DNA of 32,000 nt from Rhodococcus phage Finch. Both the position numbers and the translations under genes were made by a program. Location: sequence record MG962366.1. One strand, 5' to 3'. The notes under the pieces were generated by a model. That model made no database searches and was not told the DNA's origin. It worked only from the letters and a program-made list of their open reading frames with translations. This document shows, in pieces, positions 8,765 through 16,058 of the stretch; the stretch's first letter is position 1; each line of letters begins with the position of its first letter.

Positions 8765-9199
8765 GTGAACCTGTACAGGACCATCAGGCACATGCGGACC
8801 ACCCGAGCCCTGCTCTTCACGAGCCAGGAACTCGGCGAGCCCAGCACGCCGGAAGAGATGTTTCACGAGGTCGACACCTGCGACGGCCCGGAGACCCTCG
8901 GCGAGCAGGTCTACACCTACCTGTACCTGCTCAACCAGGTCGCATACCTTCACCTCCGGCGCGAGTGGTGGCTCCCCGCACTCCCCGACATCAGCACGGC
9001 CTACAACTGGCACTGGATCATGGCAGCCATGCCGGAGTACATCCGCGACGGCACCCCGCTCAAGGTCCGCTGCCCCCGGTGCGACGCCGCTCCCGGCCAC
9101 TGGTGCGTCAACATGAACAACTTCCGGTACGGCTGGAGCTCCACCACGTCCGGGATCAACCTGTCCCCTCACATCGAAAGAAAGAAGCGAGTGCAATGA
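8765..9199 (+). CDS. phage protein with C-terminal zinc-ribbon-like motif
   Basis: VRCPRCDAAPGHWCVNMN...HIERKKR C-x2-C-x6-C...H pattern common in actinophage small proteins. Confidence 0.75.
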   Translation: MNLYRTIRHMRTTRALLFTSQELGEPSTPEEMFHEVDTCDGPETLGEQVYTYLYLLNQVAYLHLRREWWLPALPDISTAYNWHWIMAAMPEYIRDGTPLKVRCPRCDAAPGHWCVNMNNFRYGWSSTTSGINLSPHIERKKRVQ

Positions 9200-9825
9200 C
9201 CGACATGCCGCGCCACGAGGACATCGACGACCCGGCGGTGATCCGCTTCGACCTCCCCCTCCAGACCCAGAACATCCTGAGGCACCACGAGATCACCACT
9301 CTGCGCGAGCTCTCCCAGATCACACGCGAGGAGTTCGCCGGGTGGCGGAACGTCGGCAATGCCACCGTGCGGGTGGTGACCAACCTGCTCCGCCAGCACG
9401 GTCTGTGCTGGATGGGCGAGGGCGTCATCGAGGTGGGGAGTGCCCCGTCCGATTCCACGCGTGGCCACAAGATCACCGAGGTCCGCGACCTCCGGGTGGA
9501 CGAGTGGGGTCGCCCATCGTGGACCGAGGTCTCGCGCGAGCCGGGAGTGGTGTTCGTCCGTCAGGTACAGGCCACCAGCTGGACGGTGGAGAAGCGCACC
9601 GACTGCTTCTGCTGCTCGTGTGGCGACGGTGGGCACGGATACCAGTGGACGGACCCGCATTGCCGTAACCACGGATTCTCGGGCCGTCGACCGTGCGAGC
9701 TGCACGGCACATCGGTCGTCGTGGATTCGGAACACCCCTGGACCGAGCATCTGGCCTCCGTCCAGGCCTTCAACCTGGACCCGAAGAGAAGTCTCAAGCC
9801 TGGAATCGGCGAGAAGGCCACCTAA
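9196..9825 (+). CDS. protein with N-terminal RNA polymerase alpha-CTD-like (helix-hairpin) domain and Cys/His-rich C-terminus
   Basis: DLPLQTQNILRHHEITTLRELSQITREEFAGWRNVGNATVRVVTNLLRQHGLCW resembles alpha-CTD pattern LS.R..N.L...gI.tv.eL...t...L...rN.G.ks..Ei...L...GL; C-terminus CFCCSCGDGGHGYQWTDPHCRNH. Confidence 0.7.
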   Translation: MTDMPRHEDIDDPAVIRFDLPLQTQNILRHHEITTLRELSQITREEFAGWRNVGNATVRVVTNLLRQHGLCWMGEGVIEVGSAPSDSTRGHKITEVRDLRVDEWGRPSWTEVSREPGVVFVRQVQATSWTVEKRTDCFCCSCGDGGHGYQWTDPHCRNHGFSGRRPCELHGTSVVVDSEHPWTEHLASVQAFNLDPKRSLKPGIGEKAT

Positions 9826-9861
9826 AAAATAAGCGCAGACTCCCTCTGTCTTGTATATCTG

Positions 9862-9892
9862 CCCGCCGTTCCCATTCGTTACGGCGGGAATT
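9862..9892 (+). terminator. Hairpin terminator-like structure
   Basis: CCCGCCGT-N11-ACGGCGGG followed by AATTTGT; no long U tract. Confidence 0.55.
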
Positions 9893-9928
9893 TGTGCTGC
9901 TGAGCACACAAAGAATTGTCATCAGGCC

Positions 9929-9970
9929 TGTAACGCATCCCCCTAAGGGGCCGATATACAGGGTGTAAGG
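9929..9970 (+). promoter_or_regulatory. Promoter-like element 6: TGTAACG-N17-GATATAC-AGG-GTGTAAGG
   Basis: Intergenic, downstream of the 9862 hairpin, upstream of CDS 10003. Confidence 0.8.
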
Positions 9971-10002
9971 CAAGAGCAACCGAGCTTCCCACGGAGGACA
10001 CC

Positions 10003-10698
10003 ATGACGAACTTCACCGCAGCCCAGGCAAAGATTTCCGACACCAAGCTCGCCGAGCTCACCGCAGCCGTCTACAAGATCGAGGACCAGATCGCCCGGAT
10101 CGAGCACAGCATCCACATCGCGGCAAACGACAAGAAGGTCTACCCCGGTCGCAGCCGCGTCGGCGTTTGGACGATGGACTTCGAGACCGCCCTCGCCGGA
10201 GCTCGCAAGTCCGTCACCGCCGAGTTCAACCCCAATCGCGACTCCGAGCTGCGCACCCTCGCCAGCTACGAGGCTCAGACGGTCGCCCTGGCCGAGGCCC
10301 AGGCAGCAGTGAACGTCCAGGCCAACGAGTGGGTCGAGAACGGACAGTGGACCCGCTTCTTCATGGTCGAGGGTGGCCACATCCACTCCAGCACCGCGTG
10401 CCACACCTTGCGACCCACCACCCGCGTGGCATGGCTGCCCCAGCTCAGCGGCGAGAGCGAGAAGGACGCAGTGGATGCCCACGGCACCGTGCTTTGCACC
10501 TTCTGCTACCCCACGGCCCCGGTCGCCTGGACCACCAAGGCACCGAAGGCAGCGGATGCGAGCGTGTGCACCGGCTCCGGCAAGCACGTACCAGGCGTAG
10601 ACCTTCGCCGGTACACCAAGCGCGGAGAGTGCCCCACTTGCAAAGAGACGGTCGCAGTGACCAGCACCGGCAACGCCCGCAAGCACAAGGCAAAGTAA
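10003..10698 (+). CDS. conserved phage protein of unknown function with zinc-binding-like cysteines
   Basis: cggagg RBS; GGHIHSSTACHTLRPTTRVAWLPQLSGESEKDAVDAHGTVLCTFCYPTAP motif resembles a family seen in many actinophages. Confidence 0.85.
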   Translation: MTNFTAAQAKISDTKLAELTAAVYKIEDQIARIEHSIHIAANDKKVYPGRSRVGVWTMDFETALAGARKSVTAEFNPNRDSELRTLASYEAQTVALAEAQAAVNVQANEWVENGQWTRFFMVEGGHIHSSTACHTLRPTTRVAWLPQLSGESEKDAVDAHGTVLCTFCYPTAPVAWTTKAPKAADASVCTGSGKHVPGVDLRRYTKRGECPTCKETVAVTSTGNARKHKAK

Positions 10699-10710
10699 AG
10701 AACGACAGAG

Positions 10711-10738
10711 AGGAGGCCTTCGGGCCTCCTTTTTTTTA
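10711..10738 (+). terminator. Strong intrinsic terminator
   Basis: AGGAGGCC-TTCG-GGCCTCCT followed by TTTTTTT. Confidence 0.95.
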
Positions 10739-10751
10739 TGCCCTACGGCAC

Positions 10752-10792
10752 TGTAACGACCCGTAACGAGGAGGCGATATAAAAGATAGGGG
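10752..10792 (+). promoter_or_regulatory. Promoter-like element 7: TGTAACG-N17-GATATAA
   Basis: Between strong terminator and CDS 10895; lacks the downstream GTGAAGG box; contains a second CGTAACG at 10762. Confidence 0.7.
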
Positions 10793-10894
10793 GAGTCCGC
10801 CTTCAATTTTTGGTCGTATGTCCACCTTGACCGAATACTCTGATTCCTAACTCGGCCAATCGGTCCGAGCCCAGGTAATTGAGTAGGGGCATTA

Positions 10895-12418
10895 ATGACC
10901 ACCAAAGACGTGCATTTTTTCTACGTGCCCGGAACCGGCGAGTCCTACCAGGACGACACCCGGACCGAGATCGACCCCGTGTCGATGGGTTACAAGCTGG
11001 CACAGCAGTTCGGTGAGCGCGTGGAGACCCACTGGGTGGGCTACGACTCCACCATCGGGGTCGCAGGTGGCAGCTGGAACGGCGCAAGCCACTACGCCTC
11101 GCGGAACATCGGCAAGGCAGCACTGCTGGCTCAGGCCCGTGCGACCACGGGGTACCTCATCTTCAGCGGGTACAGCCAGGGCGCTGGCGTGGTCTTCGAG
11201 GTCCAGCAGGAGCTTCACCGGGGTATGCACCCGGACCTCTGGGACCGCGTGATCGGCTTCGTCCAGATCGCCAACCCCTACCGGACCAACAGCGCCAACG
11301 ACACGCGCAACAAGGTCACCATCACCCCGATGAACCAGAGCGCCTCCGCTACCCCCGGCTGGGGCGTGGCCAACCGCTACGGCTCCTCGCTGCCAGGCAA
11401 GATTCCTGAGTTCGAGCTGGTCATCACCGACGACATGATCTGCAACGCCAAGTCGGACTCGCTGCTGCGCGAGGTGGCGGACATGATCGACTTCTGGTCG
11501 TTCGGGGCGTCGTTCCAGGCGTGGAAGTCCAAGATGATCCGCGACCTGCTCTCCACCGACTGGATCGCCGTGCTGGCTGCCTCGGCCGACATCCAGACGC
11601 TCATCGCGCGCGTGGTGAACGTGGGCAACGAGCTGGAGGGCTACCTGATTTCGGGCAAGCACGTCGGCTACGGCAACCCCACCGACTTCCCCATGCCGCT
11701 CCCTCGGGGTGGCTCGGGAACCATGACCCAGTACATGGGCCAGATGGTGGACGACATGATCCCGGACCTCATCACGATGATCCCCTCGCGCGGCCCCAAT
11801 CCGCCGGTCGTGGCGGTGGAGGACTTCGCCACGAATGCACCGGGCTGGAAGGGATTTCACGGTGGCAACCTGATCAAGGCGACCACCTCGGGCAACCGGG
11901 CCGGCATTGTCGACTCCGGCTCGACCACCAACCCTCACGGCATCTTCGACGTGGCGTTCCCCTCGGCCCAGAAGGGCAAGGTCACCATCACCCTCGGTGA
12001 CGTGCTCATCTCGGGCCAGCAGCTCGATGCGGGCACCAACGGCTCGGCGTTCTACGTCCGGCTGCGCACCACGCCCACGTTCGGCGAGGGAACGTGTGTC
12101 GAGTTCCGGGTCCGGGCTAGCGGTCAGGTCACCTGTTTCTCGCTGAACGGCACCACGGCCACCCAGCGCGAGCAGAAGTCGGGCACGTTCACGTTCGGCC
12201 ACCGGCTGAGCTTCGACTACGACGGCAACGTCTACACGGTCAAGAACGAGACGACCGGCGTCGTCATCCTCCAGTGGACCGACACCGGCCATGTGGTCAA
12301 CGAGACGAACACGAACTGGGGTGCGACCCAGACCTCCAACCGTCCGTTCGCGCAGCCCCAGTGGAGCTCGTACACGTTCGACCAGATCGTCATGACGGAC
12401 ACCACCATCACGGTGTAG
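10895..12418 (+). CDS. lysin B-like alpha/beta hydrolase (mycolylarabinogalactan esterase/cutinase-like) with additional C-terminal beta-rich domain
   Basis: FYVPGTGES...; nucleophile elbow GYSQGAGVV; FVQIANPYR; candidate catalytic residues follow LysB/cutinase-type layout. Confidence 0.85.
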   Translation: MTTKDVHFFYVPGTGESYQDDTRTEIDPVSMGYKLAQQFGERVETHWVGYDSTIGVAGGSWNGASHYASRNIGKAALLAQARATTGYLIFSGYSQGAGVVFEVQQELHRGMHPDLWDRVIGFVQIANPYRTNSANDTRNKVTITPMNQSASATPGWGVANRYGSSLPGKIPEFELVITDDMICNAKSDSLLREVADMIDFWSFGASFQAWKSKMIRDLLSTDWIAVLAASADIQTLIARVVNVGNELEGYLISGKHVGYGNPTDFPMPLPRGGSGTMTQYMGQMVDDMIPDLITMIPSRGPNPPVVAVEDFATNAPGWKGFHGGNLIKATTSGNRAGIVDSGSTTNPHGIFDVAFPSAQKGKVTITLGDVLISGQQLDAGTNGSAFYVRLRTTPTFGEGTCVEFRVRASGQVTCFSLNGTTATQREQKSGTFTFGHRLSFDYDGNVYTVKNETTGVVILQWTDTGHVVNETNTNWGATQTSNRPFAQPQWSSYTFDQIVMTDTTITV

Positions 12419-12430
12419 TCCGAACACAGA

Positions 12431-12465
12431 AGAGCCCTGCCCTAGCGAAAAGGGTGGGGCTCTTT
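12431..12465 (+). terminator. Intrinsic terminator downstream of lysin B-like gene
   Basis: AGAGCCCtgCCCT-tagcgaaa-AGGGtgGGGCTCT followed by TTT. Confidence 0.85.
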
Positions 12466-12514
12466 TGCGTGTGCTCACCGGCACACAACTTCTTCAAAAA
12501 GAATCTGTAATGCC

Positions 12515-12555
12515 TGTAACGGGTCCGGGGCCTATAGCGACATACCTAGTGAAGG
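12515..12555 (+). promoter_or_regulatory. Promoter-like element 8: TGTAACG-N17-GACATAC-CTA-GTGAAGG
   Basis: Directly downstream of terminator, upstream of CDS 12584; near-duplicate TGTAATG at 12506. Confidence 0.8.
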
Positions 12556-12583
12556 AGTTAGTCACCACAACACGGAGGTTGTC

Positions 12584-13063
12584 ATGAACGCCAAGGCCCA
12601 GACCCACACACTGGTCATCGTCCCTTGCGCGGCCGACAAGGCAGCAGAAGCAACCACCGCTCGTGAGCTGTACACCAGCCCCAACTTCGCCCACATCATC
12701 GCCGGAGCCCTCGCCGAGGCAGAGGCCACCGAGCGCGACCTCGGAACCCCGGCCCGCGTGATGATCCTCAGCGCCAAGCACGGCCTGCTGGAGCTCGACC
12801 AGGTTGTCGAGCCCTACGACGTGAAGATGAGCCAGAAGGCACTCCGCATCGCCACCTCGGAGATCGTCACCCAGTTGCTCGCCCTGGAACCGGCCAGCAT
12901 CGTCTCGCTCCTCCCGGCCACCTACGCGGACGTGCTTCGCGCAGCAGTAGAGGAGGCCAACGAGGTCGCCACCGACACCGACCTGATGGACGCCTACGAG
13001 TACAGCCCCGGTATCGGCTACATGCGCGGCACGGCTTCCGCTCTCGTTCGCAACGCGGCATGA
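12584..13063 (+). CDS. DUF6884-like protein
   Basis: LVIVPCAADKA...ARELYTSPNF...RVMILSAKHGLLELDQVVEPYDVKM shows PC...K, ELY, and SAKHGLL..D..v.PYD motifs. Confidence 0.75.
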   Translation: MNAKAQTHTLVIVPCAADKAAEATTARELYTSPNFAHIIAGALAEAEATERDLGTPARVMILSAKHGLLELDQVVEPYDVKMSQKALRIATSEIVTQLLALEPASIVSLLPATYADVLRAAVEEANEVATDTDLMDAYEYSPGIGYMRGTASALVRNAA

Positions 13064-13155
13064 CCGTCGTTGCAGCGTGGGGCCGTTACCTCGCAGATCA
13101 GTTCTTCGTCCCGCTCGCCCAGACCCGCGAATACCACTTCACACAAGGAGTACCG

Positions 13156-13473
13156 ATGTCCAACCCCGTCCTGACCCCCGAAGATGTGGTCACCAGAGGC
13201 CAGTCCTACGGATGCACGGTCCTGCGCGACCTCAAGGCTCATGGCCGCGTGCGCAGGCTCAAGATCAAGGTGGTCGTGGACTTCTACTCCCATCAGAGCT
13301 TCTACGTGATGCACGTATTCAGCCCCGAGACGGACAGCTGGAACGAGTTGTGGGCCGTCCCGAAGGGCACCTTCGACTCACCGAGTGTGTACGCCCGCCC
13401 CGAGGTCCAGTTCGGATTCGTCTCCGACGTGGTGGACCACCTCTTCGCCAAGGCACAGGAGATTTACGCATGA
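13156..13473 (+). CDS. hypothetical protein (MSNPVLTPEDVVTRGQSYGCTVLRD...)
   Basis: acaaggag RBS upstream of ATG 13156; upstream ORF-track extension to 13060 is also possible. Confidence 0.65.
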   Translation: MSNPVLTPEDVVTRGQSYGCTVLRDLKAHGRVRRLKIKVVVDFYSHQSFYVMHVFSPETDSWNELWAVPKGTFDSPSVYARPEVQFGFVSDVVDHLFAKAQEIYA

Positions 13474-13763
13474 GCAAGCTGACCCCGGCCATCCCGCGTC
13501 TGCGCGCGGTCAAGCTGTCCGAACTGGGCCACATCCAGACCACCGTCTTCAAGGAACTGGTCAAGCGCCGGGTGGCGAGCGAGATGTTCTGCCCCACCAC
13601 CGGCGAGGCCCTGGACGTACGGACATCCATTGCCGTCGTCAGCCAGGACCACGAGACGGTATTCGCCGCCATGTCGCGCAAGGCATGGGCGGCACTCGGA
13701 CCCGGATTCCTGAAAGACCCCAAGCTCGAAACCATCAAGTTCTACGACCCGAAGGATCAGTGA
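13470..13763 (+). CDS. hypothetical protein (MSKLTPAIPRLRAVKLSELG...)
   Basis: ATGA overlap; aggag upstream. Confidence 0.7.
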   Translation: MSKLTPAIPRLRAVKLSELGHIQTTVFKELVKRRVASEMFCPTTGEALDVRTSIAVVSQDHETVFAAMSRKAWAALGPGFLKDPKLETIKFYDPKDQ

Positions 13764-13939
13764 TGGACCCCAATCAGACCCTGGTCGAAATGCGCGAGCT
13801 CGTGGCCAAGATGACCGAGGGCCTCTACCCTCCCGCCATGATCGCGGCGGCGGGGGAGTTGGCCGAGAAGTTCAATGCGCTGGATTACTGGATGAGCCGT
13901 GGCGGTTTCGCCCCCGAGGATTGGAAGCACACAGCATGA
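13763..13939 (+). CDS. small hypothetical protein (MDPNQTLVEMRELVAKMTEG...)
   Basis: TGATG overlap; fills gap between genes. Confidence 0.6.
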   Translation: MDPNQTLVEMRELVAKMTEGLYPPAMIAAAGELAEKFNALDYWMSRGGFAPEDWKHTA

Positions 13940-14421
13940 GCACCACACGCATCCAGAAGGTCACCGTCTCGGGCGAGTTCAAGGACCGCGAGCTGGATCT
14001 GATCGGCTCCACCGCTGACGTGAACATCGTCATCGAGGCCGACGACGAGCTCTGCAAGAACTGCCACACCAAGGTCGTGCACTACCCGGACAGCGGCCTG
14101 GTACACGACCGGGGCAACCACAAGTTCTGCGACCTGCTCGAAGACGACGAGGCCGACGAGGACTCACCCTTCGCCGAGCTGACGAACCAGGGTCCTGGGC
14201 AGTACGTGAACTGGGTAGGTGCCAGCGTGCTGGAGGACTCGGTGGAGGTGCAGATCAGCGTCGGCGATGGCCGGGGCTGTCTGGCCATGAGCCTCTGGCA
14301 GGTCACGTGGGAAGACGGTCGGGTGGTCACCTACCTCCGACTGCCGAGCCCGAGCGACTCGTTCCCGCACGCCAAGCTGACGGCCACCGACGACCCCGGA
14401 CTCTTCACCGTCACGATGTAA
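13936..14421 (+). CDS. hypothetical protein with C-x2-C (LCKNCHTKVVHYP)
   Basis: ATGA overlap; stop TAA lies within element 9. Confidence 0.75.
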   Translation: MSTTRIQKVTVSGEFKDRELDLIGSTADVNIVIEADDELCKNCHTKVVHYPDSGLVHDRGNHKFCDLLEDDEADEDSPFAELTNQGPGQYVNWVGASVLEDSVEVQISVGDGRGCLAMSLWQVTWEDGRVVTYLRLPSPSDSFPHAKLTATDDPGLFTVTM

Positions 14422-14457
14422 CGCTCCAAACCAGAGCGCCGATACACCCTTTGAACA
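14417..14457 (+). promoter_or_regulatory. Promoter-like element 9: TGTAACG-N17-GATACAC-CCT-TTGAACA
   Basis: Overlaps upstream stop; upstream of CDS 14482. Confidence 0.7.
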
Positions 14458-14481
14458 ACCACCAACCCACAGGAGAACAGC

Positions 14482-14946
14482 ATGAAGGCTTCAACACTCG
14501 TCCAGGCCAACGCCAGCGTCGTCACCATCGTCAACCTCGCCGAGGGGGACGTGTACAAGCGCATGGAGAAGAAGTACGACGACACTTTCGAGCTCAAGTT
14601 CGGCATCGTCACCGGAGTGATGGCCAACGGTGAGCATGTGGGCATCACGGCCCTGGAGTTCGACAGCTCGTACGGCTCGCTGGATGTTCAGCTCAAGACC
14701 TTCGGGAGCAACACCGACCTGACGATCTTCCACGCCGAACCGGACGAGGTACAGGCACACTTCGACCGTCTCATCGAGCACGGTGACCAGGCGGTCGCGT
14801 CCAAGAAGCGCGAGCTGTCCAAGCTGGAGAACCACCTGGTCCAGGTCCACAAGGTCAAGGCAATGGGCCTCGCCGGTGAGCTCACCACGCCCAACCACAA
14901 GACCCTCACCGTGGGCGACGACGACGTGACGGAGAGTGGCGAATGA
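14482..14946 (+). CDS. hypothetical protein
   Basis: acaggag RBS; ATGA overlap downstream. Confidence 0.8.
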   Translation: MKASTLVQANASVVTIVNLAEGDVYKRMEKKYDDTFELKFGIVTGVMANGEHVGITALEFDSSYGSLDVQLKTFGSNTDLTIFHAEPDEVQAHFDRLIEHGDQAVASKKRELSKLENHLVQVHKVKAMGLAGELTTPNHKTLTVGDDDVTESGE

Positions 14947-15356
14947 CCGCCCTCAAGAACGCCGCCCTGGCGGCGGTCGTCGTCAATCACCTGGAAAGGT
15001 TCCCACTCCTGCACGATCAGGGAGGTTGGGGCGACAAACTCGTACAGGTGACCGGAGCCGACCACCCTTGCGGAACCACGGGCTGCTTCGCTGGCTGGAC
15101 GATGGCCTTCTCGGGCTACAGCATTCGCACCGTCAGTAACGGCGGCATCTTCTCCCACTCCGAAGTCCTGGCTCCTGGTGCCACCGTCTGGGAACGCTGG
15201 GACGACGCGGACTTTATCGAGACGGCCTCTGAGCTGCTGGGCATCGACACAAGCCTCGGCAACCACCTCTTCTACATCATGGACCAGGGCGAGGTGCTGG
15301 ATGAGGTCAAGGATCTGATCCAGGATCGCCTTACCGAGCTGGCCGACACCAAGTAG
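14943..15356 (+). CDS. hypothetical protein (contains CGTTGCFAGW motif)
   Basis: ATGA overlap; CGTTxCxAGWA-type motif recurrent in phage proteins of unknown function. Confidence 0.75.
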   Translation: MTALKNAALAAVVVNHLERFPLLHDQGGWGDKLVQVTGADHPCGTTGCFAGWTMAFSGYSIRTVSNGGIFSHSEVLAPGATVWERWDDADFIETASELLGIDTSLGNHLFYIMDQGEVLDEVKDLIQDRLTELADTK

Positions 15357-15446
15357 GCGCAGGCCAGAGCTCCAACCCCAATCTCCTTCGGGGGCTTCAC
15401 TGATAGTGTTACGCAAACTATTGGACAGCCCTCGAAGGAGATTTTT

Positions 15447-16058
15447 GTGGCCGAGCACTTGGTGGAGAACCACCACCCCTCCGAACTCGCTTTGTTCCAC
15501 CTCAATCCCCGAGTGGGCAACGTCGACGCCATCGCTGGCAGCCTGAGGGCCAACGGCCAATACAAGCCGGTGCTGGTCAACAAGGGCTCGCACACGGGCC
15601 GACCCAACGAGGTGCTGGCCGGTAATCACACGGTCATGGCAATTCGGGACCTCGCCGAGCAGTACCCGGACGAGGACCGCTGGCAGTCCGTCGCCTGCTG
15701 GATCGTGGACGTGGACGACGACCGCGCGACCCGCATCGTGGCAGCGGACAACCGAACCTCGGAGCTGGGTTCGTTCGACGACCGGCTGCTGCTGGAGCTC
15801 CTGGCCGAGCTCGACGAGCTGGACGGCACCGGCTACGAGCCCAACGACCTCCAGGCCCTCGAAGACCTCCTCGGTGGGGCACCGTCGCTGGAAGACCTTG
15901 AAAAAGAGGTAGGCGAGCCCACAGAGGCCGACAGCTACACCATCGTGCGCCTGGCGGTGGACCCCGTGATCGGTAAGCAGTGGGACGAGCACCGCAAGGG
16001 CTTCGACAACGACACCGACGCGCTGGAAGCCCTTCTGGACGGGGCTGAAGAGGAGTGA
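15447..16058 (+). CDS. ParB-like N-terminal domain protein (candidate DpdB-like partner)
   Basis: LALFHLNPRVGNVDAIAGSLRANGQYKPVLVNKGSHTGRPNEVLAGNHTVMAIRDL...ATRIVAADNRTSEL is characteristic of ParB/Srx-fold domains. Confidence 0.85.
   Translation: MAEHLVENHHPSELALFHLNPRVGNVDAIAGSLRANGQYKPVLVNKGSHTGRPNEVLAGNHTVMAIRDLAEQYPDEDRWQSVACWIVDVDDDRATRIVAADNRTSELGSFDDRLLLELLAELDELDGTGYEPNDLQALEDLLGGAPSLEDLEKEVGEPTEADSYTIVRLAVDPVIGKQWDEHRKGFDNDTDALEALLDGAEEE

Noticed and set aside
10892-12484. 530 aa minus-strand ORF
   Set aside because: Mirror ORF of the lysin B-like gene; it also runs through the terminator and shows no recognizable motifs.
15407-15443. TGTTACG as an eleventh promoter-like element
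   Set aside because: No CGAY/GAYATAC box at the required N16/17 spacing and no GTGAAGG at the expected offset.
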